The notes below the pieces were generated by a model that had not been told where the DNA came from, did no database searches, and saw only the letters and a program-made list of their open reading frames with translations. A stretch of DNA of 64,000 nt from Candidatus Kaiserbacteria bacterium (GTDB lineage Bacteria; Patescibacteriota; Minisyncoccia; Phycocordibacterales; UBA918): the NCBI GenBank assembly GCA_016699245.1, contig CP064968.1:283386-347385 (forward strand), in the 5' to 3' direction. Made by a program: the position numbers and the translations under genes. Every line of letters starts with the position of its first letter. Position 1 is the stretch's first letter. This document shows positions 12,144 to 20,315 of the stretch, piece after piece.

Positions 12144-12399
12144 TGAGTATCGTGTTTAAGAAATCTTGACTCTCGGCAGCGGAAATAAATTCATGGGCGC
12201 TCACCCTATTCGCTTGCTCCCCCCAATATGCATCGTCTGATGTAGTGAGTCTGGCGTACTCAGTTGGAGATAGCACAATAGCCACCGGTCTGTCGTTGCG
12301 AGTGATGGTGATTGGCTCTATGCGCGCTAAATCAACCAAATCGGCGAAACGATTTTTTGCCTCTGTTGCAGTAATAGATTTATTAGTCATAATAGCCAT
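12121..12399 (-). CDS. Type II antitoxin, Phd/YefM family.
   Basis: 92 aa. The N-terminus ITATEAKNRFADLVDLARIEPITITRNDRPVAIVLSPTEYARL is the classic Phd/YefM fold signature. Confidence 0.75.
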   Translation of the reverse strand: MAIMTNKSITATEAKNRFADLVDLARIEPITITRNDRPVAIVLSPTEYARLTTSDDAYWGEQANRVSAHEFISAAESQDFLNTILNAPDKAS

Positions 12400-12643
12400 T
12401 TTAGCTAATTTAACTAAAATGTCAATCTATCTCACTAAGTTGGAGTGAGAAAGAGTCTAATCCCTGCCCCTTCATTTTTCCGTATCGTTCATGACTGTCG
12501 CTATTATTCTCGTGCTGTCCTCACTAAGGACATTATTGTAGTGAGAGTAAGTTCGATATTATCTCCATTCACACCAGAAAACATACAAAAAACGGGCTAC
12601 ACAAAACATGTAGCCCGCCACTGGGTATCTTCTTCATTTCATT

Positions 12644-13141
12644 TTATTCTGTGGTTTCCTCAACAAAAGGTCTGAGCCTTCTACGTAAATTTCGCAGCGC
12701 ACCTGCTTCTGGATCTTCAGGATTATCACAATACAAAGAAAGATCAGCCGCCCCAACTGTATGACCAAGCCTTTTTTCCAAAAGATAGAGATGCGTTGGG
12801 TCGCATTTCCAGAGCATTTGTAAAAGCATAAAGACAAAAAAGTCAAAACTCTTCCTTATCTCTTCGTACTGTACAGGGTTCTTCTCCTTAAATTCTGAAT
12901 AGAAGCGATCCACTCCGTCAGAGTCAGAAATCCAAAGATCTTCGAGCGTTGCCAGAGGATGATCATCTGCAAAACCTTTTTCTCTTGCAAAGCGCCCGAT
13001 TGCGTCATTCTGATCATTATAAAGCTTAAAGAGTAAATCGATAATGTGCTCGCATTGCTTACACATATTCTCGATTTCATCCGCTTCTGAAAAGAGGTGA
13101 TGAACCTTTGCAAGACATTCTTGTACCGCAGTCGTAGCCAT
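12644..13141 (-). CDS. Hypothetical protein, 165 aa.
   Basis: Clean ORF with no recognisable motif. Confidence 0.45.
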   Translation of the reverse strand: MATTAVQECLAKVHHLFSEADEIENMCKQCEHIIDLLFKLYNDQNDAIGRFAREKGFADDHPLATLEDLWISDSDGVDRFYSEFKEKNPVQYEEIRKSFDFFVFMLLQMLWKCDPTHLYLLEKRLGHTVGAADLSLYCDNPEDPEAGALRNLRRRLRPFVEETTE

Positions 13142-13276
13142 TGCTTAGTCTCCTAAAAAAATCTATGTAACGAACACTTCCACTCGATAATAGTATGACA
13201 AGTTTTTAATTTGTAAAGGGGTTACTTTGAGACATTTTAATTTCGCGCCCGAGGTCGGACCTCGTGAATACTCCCC

Positions 13277-13660
13277 CTACGCCACATACGGCACAAAAAT
13301 AAGTATTCCTATTACGAGTGCAGTGATGGCGGCTATAAGCACGGCGCCGGCGGCTACGTCTTTGGTGTCTTTGGCGTAGGGGTGGTAATTAGGCGAGGTG
13401 AGATTAATATCAATTTCAATTGCGGTATTAAAGGCCTCTGCAGTGAGTACAAATCCGCCTGCAAGGATGAGGAGTATCCATTCGGTCTTCATAATCCCAA
13501 AATAGAAGCCAAGCCCCAACGCAATACTAAAAACGACCACATGCACCCACGCATTGGGTGTTGTCTTCATCAAAAGCCAAATACCTCGCAATGCATACGT
13601 AAAACTCTTTGCGCGTTGCACTACAAAAAATTCCTCTGGTGTATCGAGTGGTTCTTTCAT
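13277..13660 (-). CDS. dgkA: Diacylglycerol kinase / undecaprenol kinase family (DgkA).
   Basis: 127 aa with 3 transmembrane helices. Motifs SFTYALRGI and AEAFNTAIE are typical of prokaryotic DAGK. Confidence 0.75.
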   Translation of the reverse strand: MKEPLDTPEEFFVVQRAKSFTYALRGIWLLMKTTPNAWVHVVVFSIALGLGFYFGIMKTEWILLILAGGFVLTAEAFNTAIEIDINLTSPNYHPYAKDTKDVAAGAVLIAAITALVIGILIFVPYVA

Positions 13661-13664
13661 AGTA

Positions 13665-13790
13665 AAAGCATAACATGCTTTGATTTTCTAGGGTTACCCC
13701 AGGAAACCCTAGGAAAACAAGACTGTAATCAAAACAGTTATTCCCTAGGGGAACCCTAGGGAATACAGTCCGCGCGAAGCGCGGACTGTA
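13665..13790. promoter_or_regulatory. Cluster of CCTAGG/GGGTTACCC palindromic motifs plus a 10-bp perfect GC hairpin (cagtccgcgc-gaa-gcgcggactg) in a divergent intergenic region.
   Basis: ctagggttaccccaggaaaccctagg and ccctaggggaaccctaggg. Related motifs occur at 10599-10623 and 20261-20297. Confidence 0.5.
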
Positions 13791-13837
13791 TTGTGTACCA
13801 AGGTGTCGCCTTGCTGCTATAGCTCCTCTATTTATGT

Positions 13838-14842
13838 CTACTCAGTAGTGAACTCTCGTACCGCTCCGCATGAGAGGGTGCTGTCGTCATCCTCGTCTTC
13901 ATACTCAACACAGAGTGCAAAAAAGATATCTGTATTGTCGTTTAGACCAGAGATGTCCTCACTCAGTTCATCGAAGTCATCTACATCAGAGTCGACAAGC
14001 ACCTTTTGAAGGTCATCTCCATCCTCATCCACGTCGTCGTATGAGTCAAAGTCGTCTTCAACATCTGAGACAGCGTCCTCATCCTCTCCATACACAAAGA
14101 ATGCACGCCCGTTGTCGAAGTCATTCATGTCGACTGTTCCTCGCAGTTCTGCGCTTTCATCATCAATATCAGTTGCACTCCGTGTTGTAACTACCGGTTC
14201 ATCATCGTCATTGTTGTTGTCGTCTCGATCTCCGTCCGTAGTAAAGTTGTTTGTTGTGCCGTAGTCCCTATCGCCATCTTCATCGACTGCTACTGCTCGA
14301 TAGTAGTAGCGCGTGTCTTCACTCAGATCATCCACTTCTACTTCTATAGTGTCGCCGTCGTCATTGTCATCGAGATTCTCTCGCGAAGTCTTGAGTGAGA
14401 GATTACCTGACGAGCGCCCATACTCAAAGTAGAGCTCCGCTTCGTCTTCATTATTCATATCGACGATTGCACGCAGTGTTGCACTATTTTCATCTACATC
14501 CGTTGCGCTCTGTGTTCGTACGTCTACATCGCTATCATTATTGTTATCACTGTCGCTTGAGGAATACCTGTGTTGCTGATAACTCGCAAGAATCATCATG
14601 AGTTGATGGATCTGCGCTCTGAGGTATTCGGTATTGTTGTCCCCTCGGTATGAACGATTCCACTCCCAATTATTACGATACTCATATCTATTTTCATTTT
14701 GCTCAGAAGAAGAGACACATGCACCGTTGGGGTTATAGTAACTGTTCCAACTGCACGCCGCCTCTGCTGTTTGTGGTGCTCCTACAAATCCGCACGAGAG
14801 TATTGCAACAAAAAATGTACTTACAATGAGAAAGTTTTTCAT
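13838..14842 (-). CDS. Secreted, extremely acidic protein with two FN3-like repeats.
   Basis: Signal peptide MKNFLIVSTFFVAILSCGFVGA. Repeats carry RSATD(V/I)D(E/D)xSAxLRGxVDMN...YG...YYYRAVAVDEDG, with a D/E-rich C-terminus. Confidence 0.6.
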   Translation of the reverse strand: MKNFLIVSTFFVAILSCGFVGAPQTAEAACSWNSYYNPNGACVSSSEQNENRYEYRNNWEWNRSYRGDNNTEYLRAQIHQLMMILASYQQHRYSSSDSDNNNDSDVDVRTQSATDVDENSATLRAIVDMNNEDEAELYFEYGRSSGNLSLKTSRENLDDNDDGDTIEVEVDDLSEDTRYYYRAVAVDEDGDRDYGTTNNFTTDGDRDDNNNDDDEPVVTTRSATDIDDESAELRGTVDMNDFDNGRAFFVYGEDEDAVSDVEDDFDSYDDVDEDGDDLQKVLVDSDVDDFDELSEDISGLNDNTDIFFALCVEYEDEDDDSTLSCGAVREFTTE

Positions 14843-14999
14843 AAAATACTTATTTATGATTAATACTCTTAGTATACGCTTGAATTCACTCTTGTGTATA
14901 GACGATGTACAGTTTGTGTCACGTAATTTTCATTCCCATATCACGCACTCCGAAGCACCTTTCAGCCTTTGGTTATGTATGACCGCATGCTATACATAC

Positions 15000-15641
15000 A
15001 TGATAATGAAAATCGTACCCACACATCCCATGAAGCGGCTTTCTGACATAACGGTAAGCCTTTTGCTTCTCATGCTCCTTTCTCCGCTTATTATACTTTT
15101 TCTCGTTCTTATATTCAGTGAGCACTGCATTCGTATGCGACCATTTGACCCACTTTTTTATTCAGAGGAACGATGGTCAGGGGGGAAACTCTTTACTCTC
15201 TTCAAATTCAATATCTTTAAGCAGGAGGTGATTGATGGTATGCGTGCACGTTCAGAGTTCATATATACAAAAACACTCGAGCGCGATGGCTCCCTAATAT
15301 TAATAGGTTGGATACTCAAGCAAATCTACTTAGATGAACTACCGCAACTGTGGAATGTACTTATGGGGGACATGAGTATCGTCGGTCCCCGACCTGTAAA
15401 TGTTGAAGTGCACAGGGTGCTTGCGCAGAATGGTTTTTGTGAGAAGGACAGAATACGTGCTGGCATGACCGGACACTATCAGGCCACTCATAAATTAGAG
15501 CGTAGTGGAGGAAGCCAAGAAGCGCTTGATCACTACTACATCGAATTTTGCGCACATAATCCTTGGTATAAGGTGTTACTTTTCGATGTACAAATTATGC
15601 TTCGTACCCTAAGGGTGCTTTTTTATGCACGAGGCATATAA
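15000..15641 (+). CDS. Polyprenyl-phosphate glycosyl-1-phosphate transferase (bacterial sugar transferase, PglC/WbaP C-terminal-domain type).
   Basis: N-terminal transmembrane helix followed by LPQLWNVLMGDMSIVGPRP ... RAGMTGHYQ, the Bac_transf signature. The start is uncertain among 15000, 15006 and 15030, and the upstream in-frame extension crosses the divergent promoter. Confidence 0.75.
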   Translation: MIMKIVPTHPMKRLSDITVSLLLLMLLSPLIILFLVLIFSEHCIRMRPFDPLFYSEERWSGGKLFTLFKFNIFKQEVIDGMRARSEFIYTKTLERDGSLILIGWILKQIYLDELPQLWNVLMGDMSIVGPRPVNVEVHRVLAQNGFCEKDRIRAGMTGHYQATHKLERSGGSQEALDHYYIEFCAHNPWYKVLLFDVQIMLRTLRVLFYARGI

Positions 15642-16689
15642 TCAGTGCATGAATACCCTATCCACGAGAGAAGTGCTCACAGAGAAAGCCACAAAAAATG
15701 TACGTGACATGGTTACGGTGGCGCTTCTTCATACACATCCACATAAAGCGCTCGTCGTGTATGACACCGAGAATGAACTTTCAGAGATCATTACTGATGC
15801 ATACAGAAATGTGCTCCCTGATGCGCAGTTTATCGATTTTAATACGCACACCAAAGATGAAATCATAGCCCTCTTTGATGCGCTTGCCCCGCGTGATTTG
15901 GTGATACTTATTCAATCCACAGACTTCCGTCTCAACGAGTTTCGTATTCGTATTCAACTCTTTCAGCGCAAACTAAAAGTGATTGATCATCTCCACTTGT
16001 ATCGCAATACTCCTGACTCATGGGAGACATACATTAATGCGCTTGCATACGACCCAGAGTGGTATCGCGGTGTAGGACGCAGACTGCAGGAAAAACTTGC
16101 AAATACCAACACATTGCGTTTCATCGGTACTGGTGTAGAACTTGTGGTGACGGGAGGGCTTGAGATTCCAAAAGTAAACATTGGTGATTATACAGGTATG
16201 GAAAATATCGGCGGCACCTTTCCTATTGGTGAAGTGTTTACCGAGGCAGTGAATTTGAGCGCGATGGATGGTTCACTCATGGTGTACGCGTATGCAGACA
16301 CCGACTACCACACCGGTATGCACGAGCCCTTTCGCATAGACATACAGGATGGGCTCGTTACAGGATGGAGCGACAATACTCCTGACTCTTTTGTGAAGAT
16401 TGTAGAGTTGGTAAAAAGAAATGAGCGACCCATACTGCGCGAGATTGGCTTTGGGCTGAACCGTGCAATTACTCGTGAGCACTACTTGAAAGACATCACT
16501 GCGTTTGAGCGTATTTTTGGGTTTCACTTCTCTCTCGGTGAAAAGCATACTGTCTATAAAAAGCAAGGGATAACTGCAGACAAAACACGTTTCCACGTAG
16601 ATATATTTCCTTTGATTGAACAGGTATATGCTGACGATGTATGTATTTTTGATAACAATCAGTTCACGAGTGTGCTTTTGGAGTCGTAA
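15625..16689 (+). CDS. Hypothetical protein, 354 aa, translationally coupled to the sugar transferase.
   Basis: Overlaps the upstream gene by 17 nt. No confident family. A possible metallopeptidase-like fold is speculation. Confidence 0.45.
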   Translation: MHEAYNQCMNTLSTREVLTEKATKNVRDMVTVALLHTHPHKALVVYDTENELSEIITDAYRNVLPDAQFIDFNTHTKDEIIALFDALAPRDLVILIQSTDFRLNEFRIRIQLFQRKLKVIDHLHLYRNTPDSWETYINALAYDPEWYRGVGRRLQEKLANTNTLRFIGTGVELVVTGGLEIPKVNIGDYTGMENIGGTFPIGEVFTEAVNLSAMDGSLMVYAYADTDYHTGMHEPFRIDIQDGLVTGWSDNTPDSFVKIVELVKRNERPILREIGFGLNRAITREHYLKDITAFERIFGFHFSLGEKHTVYKKQGITADKTRFHVDIFPLIEQVYADDVCIFDNNQFTSVLLES

Positions 16690-16708
16690 GTATCTTTATT
16701 TTTATGAA

Positions 16709-16741
16709 CCCCCCCGTACGAAGCAAAGCTTCTTACGGGGG
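16709..16741. terminator. GC-rich hairpin between the convergent genes 15625..16689 (+) and 16752..16997 (-).
   Basis: CCCCCGTAcGAAG-caaag-CTTCTTACGGGGG with a T-rich stretch upstream. Confidence 0.55.
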
Positions 16742-16751
16742 CACTTTAGAA

Positions 16752-16997
16752 TCATTCTTCTTCGTCCACATCATCCTCAAAATCAAATTGCTCTCCTAGC
16801 TCCTCAAGTGCATCAGTGATAACTTCCACTTCCTTATCTGAAATCAGCCCTGCAGCAAGTTTTGATAGCACATCATGGATCTCGTTTGGTGCATATCCCT
16901 TGTGAATGAGTTTCTCCGCTTCTTTCAGTACCAAATTTTCTTCTTCATTACTTTTCTTTAGTGCCAACAAAAACATTTTCTCAAAAGGATGTGCCAT
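16752..16997 (-). CDS. Hypothetical small acidic protein, 81 aa.
   Basis: ORF with an acidic C-terminal tail DFEDDVDEEE. Confidence 0.4.
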   Translation of the reverse strand: MAHPFEKMFLLALKKSNEEENLVLKEAEKLIHKGYAPNEIHDVLSKLAAGLISDKEVEVITDALEELGEQFDFEDDVDEEE

Positions 16998-17048
16998 GCG
17001 ACTTTAGACTTATTTGATATGTTGTTACTTTGTTTCTGCTACTTTTCA

Positions 17049-17231
17049 TCAGTGTTTTGTTGGTTCGTCACGTCTAGGTTCAACTAAAGTGTCATCATCT
17101 CCTCCGAAAATGCTTTCTGCTGCAGAAAAATCATATTCTTTTGTTTGTGCATTTTCAGTTGGTAGTTGGGCAAGTTTTTGTTTTTCAGTCATCTTAAATT
17201 CACCGTTCGCACGCTTTTGTTTTTCGGTCAT
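17049..17231 (-). CDS. Possible small protein with a duplicated MTEKQK(R/L)A motif.
   Basis: Only the 3' part of the annotated 162-aa ORF is plausible, because the 5' part runs through tRNA-Pro. Confidence 0.2.
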   Translation of the reverse strand: MTEKQKRANGEFKMTEKQKLAQLPTENAQTKEYDFSAAESIFGGDDDTLVEPRRDEPTKH

Positions 17232-17396
17232 TGCCCAAAGATTTGATTCAAAATGCCCCATAGTGTTATGTGCTAATAGTATGTTAAAAGTATAGCATTT
17301 TGCTATACTGTCCAGCATATGTTCCATAACAAAAGCATTTCTGTCGGGGTGTTGTATAGTAGTAGAACGTATCCATGTCGGGGACAAAAACAAAGT

Positions 17397-17467
17397 CGGG
17401 CTATAGTATACCGGTAGTACGCGTCCATGGGGTGGATGTAGACCGAGTTCGATTCTCGGTAGCCCGA
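17397..17467 (+). tRNA. tRNA-Pro (anticodon GGG), with no encoded CCA.
   Basis: CGGGCTA-TA-GTAT-ACCGGTA-GTAC-G-CGTCC-ATGGGGT-GGATG-TAGA-CCGAG-TTCGATT-CTCGG-TAGCCCG-A. Features are C1:G72, U8, A14, GG in the D-loop, U33, G37 and T-loop TTCGATT. The acceptor stem is extended by a perfect 14-bp flank. Confidence 0.8.
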
Positions 17468-17513
17468 CTTTGTTTTTGTCGGGAAGTGTGGGGCACTTCC
17501 CATATAGACTAAC

Positions 17514-17545
17514 AAAAACCGACGGCGCATTTGCCATCGGTTTTT
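17514..17545. terminator. Bidirectional intrinsic terminator after tRNA-Pro and after the minus-strand gene 17548..17847.
   Basis: AAAAA-CCGACGGC-gcattt-GCCATCGG-TTTTT. Confidence 0.65.
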
Positions 17546-17547
17546 GT

Positions 17548-17847
17548 TTAATGACAGCAGCTGTCTATTTTCTTTGCTAATTCGAAATCGGCACGAGTCA
17601 GTCCTTTTACATCGTGAGTAGTTAACTTTACTTTAATCTTATGATACGAAAGTTCAATTGTGGGGTGGTGCCCCATTACTTCTGCGTGTACTGCGATACG
17701 GGCAATGAGGGAGAGTCCTGCTACAAAAGACGCCGATTCAAAAGACTTTGAGAGTTCAGTACTCTTTGCATTGACTGTCCACTCTGAAATCTGCGATAGT
17801 TTTTTGACTACATCAGTACTTGAAAGTTTTTTTGGTTTTGTTGCCAT
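17548..17847 (-). CDS. Pterin-4-alpha-carbinolamine dehydratase (PCD/DCoH family).
   Basis: 99 aa. E-x-M-x-H-H-P (EVMGHHPTIELSYHKIKVKLTTHD) is the PCD signature. Confidence 0.75.
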   Translation of the reverse strand: MATKPKKLSSTDVVKKLSQISEWTVNAKSTELSKSFESASFVAGLSLIARIAVHAEVMGHHPTIELSYHKIKVKLTTHDVKGLTRADFELAKKIDSCCH

Positions 17848-17864
17848 GGATATACTCTAGTCTA

Positions 17865-18851
17865 TCATTTATACCGACGCTGCATAGTAATTGCATCCTG
17901 AAGTAAGTGGGTAATAAAGTCCGTATATGATGCGCCCACCGCAGTGATTGCCTTAGGAAACGATGATTCCTTCGAAAGCCCTGGGAGTGTGTTGACCTCC
18001 AGAAAATAAATGCCATCGTCTGCAACAATAAAATCGGAACGTGAATACTGAGAAAGACCCAAAGTTTCGTGAACCAGTTGTGCAATGAACTCTAATTCAT
18101 TTTTTGTTTGTCTATCAAATCGTGAAGGGCAATGCTGTTCTGCAAGGCCGCCCAGTTTTATTTCATGTGAAAAATAGTCTGCATTCGGAGGTAGGACAAT
18201 TTCGACTGGGGGTAGTGCGTATACGCGCTTGTCTCGATATCTATCGATAATACCTGCGGTTGCTTCCCTGCCCGGAATTTTAACTTCGACCATCACTTCT
18301 TCGTATGTACTGAGTGCATCAGTGAGTGCCTGCTGCAAAAGGAGTGGATTCTTAACTGACATAGTGCCCACAGACGAGCCGGCGTTCAGGGGCTTTATGA
18401 TGTAGTGCGGTCCAAAGGTATCCACTATTTTTTCTGCGACGCGACCAAGGTCACCGAGCGAATCTCTGGATACTTGAATGTGATGAGGCATCTTGATCCC
18501 CGAGTCTTTTAGAATATGCTTGGTCGTAGGCTTGTTCATGGCAAGTCCTGATGAAAAAGCTTTGCTACCCGTATATGGTACAGAATATCGATCTAAGAGG
18601 CGTTGCACGGTGCCGTCTTCTCCAAAGGTACCGTGAAGTGCATTAAATACTGCATCTACTCCACCAAGGATTTGTTCTGGGAGGCGCACGATGCCATCTA
18701 CAATCCATTCGCCATTCTTAGCAATGACAATATCAAGAGGATCAAACTGCGCACGATCAATATGCTCGAGTACTGAAGCACCCGTCCACAATGAAGCCCG
18801 ATATTCATCCCCAAATCCTCCACGTAAAATAGCAACACGTACTTTCCTCAT
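17865..18851 (-). CDS. ddl: D-alanine--D-alanine ligase.
   Basis: 328-aa ATP-grasp protein. N-terminus VAILRGGFGDEYRASLWTGASVLEHID and C-terminal FLEVNTLPGL motifs. Confidence 0.9.
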   Translation of the reverse strand: MRKVRVAILRGGFGDEYRASLWTGASVLEHIDRAQFDPLDIVIAKNGEWIVDGIVRLPEQILGGVDAVFNALHGTFGEDGTVQRLLDRYSVPYTGSKAFSSGLAMNKPTTKHILKDSGIKMPHHIQVSRDSLGDLGRVAEKIVDTFGPHYIIKPLNAGSSVGTMSVKNPLLLQQALTDALSTYEEVMVEVKIPGREATAGIIDRYRDKRVYALPPVEIVLPPNADYFSHEIKLGGLAEQHCPSRFDRQTKNELEFIAQLVHETLGLSQYSRSDFIVADDGIYFLEVNTLPGLSKESSFPKAITAVGASYTDFITHLLQDAITMQRRYK

Positions 18852-18942
18852 GTGTATTTAGTGTACCACGCCACTTTGAAGCATCTCTGACATTACTCAC
18901 AGCAAAATCAATTTCACCTATATTATTCTTTAGGGAAGTTCA

Positions 18943-19818
18943 CTAAAGATCGGTTTCGTTGATATTTTTCCATACACGATGCCTACTCAAGTTTCCGTAC
19001 ACTCCTTCAAGTAAGTCTAAATCCTTGTTGCTATCGACGAGGAGTTGGACATTTTTATACGCGAGAGATTTTATAAGATGACTGCCTACTTCGTCCTGCA
19101 TATACGTATCATACATATCCCTAAAAGCCTCAAAGTCCTTGATGAAACAATGTCCACCTGCACCACGCCCTGTTTGATGCACGGGCTCTGTATGACTCAC
19201 TCCAATACGTGGATCATGAATAAAGGCATCCTTTACTCGAGTCCAGTCACCACCCATTTTTGTGACGAGGTCATAGAGCATATTCATGTAAATAACCTTT
19301 GTGAAAAGAAAACAGTTACCTGCATATTTCACAAACTCAGCATCCCGAGCGTGCAATATGCTTTCGTATGGAGCTTTCGGTAGCACCTCGAGCACTTGGT
19401 TTGCTTTTTCTGTATATGCTTCGTTTTCAAATGGTATACCGATGATATTTCTGTTTGGATGTGCAGCATCATACGCTGCTGTCTTCTCTACAAGAAATTC
19501 TGGGCTGTGCATGACATAAATATTTGAAAACTCTGTTTGCAGTATTTCTGTAGTACCGGGAAGAATAGTCGACTTTATAACTGCAATTTTTTCTTTTCCT
19601 ACCAGATGAAGCACTCCACGCACTGTATCAATATTAAATCCATTTGGAGTTGTGGGAGTCGGCACGGCAATAAACACGATGTCGCAATCTGCTATAAAAT
19701 CTCTGTTTCGTACATAAGGCTCCTCCAGGCCATAGCGCACGACCTGATACCCACGCTGTTCAAAATCATCAGCATAATTCCTTCCAATCCATCCTTGCCC
19801 GATAAATCCAACTTTCAT
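18943..19818 (-). CDS. UDP-glucose/GDP-mannose dehydrogenase family protein, short form lacking the usual C-terminal UDP-binding domain.
   Basis: Rossmann MKVGFIGQGWIGRNYA and the catalytic Cys motif GGHCFIKD. Total about 290 aa against 390-450 aa typical. Confidence 0.7.
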   Translation of the reverse strand: MKVGFIGQGWIGRNYADDFEQRGYQVVRYGLEEPYVRNRDFIADCDIVFIAVPTPTTPNGFNIDTVRGVLHLVGKEKIAVIKSTILPGTTEILQTEFSNIYVMHSPEFLVEKTAAYDAAHPNRNIIGIPFENEAYTEKANQVLEVLPKAPYESILHARDAEFVKYAGNCFLFTKVIYMNMLYDLVTKMGGDWTRVKDAFIHDPRIGVSHTEPVHQTGRGAGGHCFIKDFEAFRDMYDTYMQDEVGSHLIKSLAYKNVQLLVDSNKDLDLLEGVYGNLSRHRVWKNINETDL

Positions 19819-19860
19819 ATACATGCTAACTTACGAATACTATCAAAAGATACAGATTAC

Positions 19861-19890
19861 AAAACCCCGACGTCTTGGCGCCGGGGTTTG
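19861..19890. terminator. Bidirectional terminator downstream of rpsT.
   Basis: AAAA-CCCCGaCG-tcttgg-CGcCGGGG-TTT. Confidence 0.6.
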
Positions 19891-19898
19891 AATTATAT

Positions 19899-20168
19899 CT
19901 ACTTCACTACTACCTTCCTGAGTGACGCAACAAGACGTGACTTCTTCCTGCTTGCAGTGTTGTCTTTGATGACGCCACGCTTTGCTGCTTTGTCTATTGC
20001 TTTGAATACGCTTGGGAGTAATGCTTCTGCTTCTGTTACTGCTCCTTTGGTTACATTGGTACGGAAGTCTTTGACGACGTCGTGGACGATAGTCTTTGTA
20101 CGGATGTTAAACACGCGCTTATTTTGCGCTGCGCGGTGTGCTTTCTTTGCGTTACGTGTGATAGCCAT
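19899..20168 (-). CDS. rpsT: 30S ribosomal protein S20.
   Basis: MAITRNAKKAHRAAQNKRVFNIRTKT...AEALLPSVFKAIDKAAKRGVIKDNTASRKKSRL has the S20 pattern. Start at the internal Met of the annotated ORF. Confidence 0.85.
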   Translation of the reverse strand: MAITRNAKKAHRAAQNKRVFNIRTKTIVHDVVKDFRTNVTKGAVTEAEALLPSVFKAIDKAAKRGVIKDNTASRKKSRLVASLRKVVVK

Positions 20169-20260
20169 ATTGGGCGCTACTATACTGTATGGAGGGGGTT
20201 TTGGCAATGATTCTAATTCAGCATACGCTTATTGCATTGACAAGCCCCCACTCTTGTTTT

Positions 20261-20297
20261 GTCACAGGGTAACCCTGTGTCACAGGGTTACCCTGTG
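20261..20297. promoter_or_regulatory. Two tandem copies of the perfect palindrome CACAGGGT(A/T)ACCCTGTG upstream of rpsT. Candidate operator.
   Basis: gtcacagggtaaccctgtg and tcacagggttaccctgtg sit directly adjacent, about 90 nt upstream of the rpsT start. Confidence 0.55.
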
Positions 20298-20315
20298 CAG
20301 GGTTGGTGAGGTGGG

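Noticed and set aside
9978-12450. An intact integrative genomic island at tRNA-Ala.
   Set aside because: No integrase, excisionase or other mobility gene is present. The att-like copies enclose only about 100-130 bp each, so only scars and a low-GC islet are reported.
13745-13769. GC hairpin cagtccgcgcgaagcgcggactg as a rho-independent terminator.
   Set aside because: It is a perfect 10-bp stem but has no U-tract on either strand. It is kept only as part of the palindromic regulatory cluster.
14826-14999. N-terminal 58 aa of the annotated sugar-transferase ORF (MRKFFIKYLFMINTL...).
   Set aside because: The region is the divergent promoter gap and overlaps the start of the minus-strand gene at 14842. 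Homologues start at the transmembrane helix near MKRLSD, so the start was moved to about 15000-15030.
17049-17537. 162-aa and 75-aa minus-strand ORFs (17049..17537 and 17303..17530) in the provided ORF track.
   Set aside because: They read straight through the tRNA-Pro gene, its 22-bp extended stem and a terminator hairpin. Only the distal 60 aa (17049..17231) is kept as a weak candidate.
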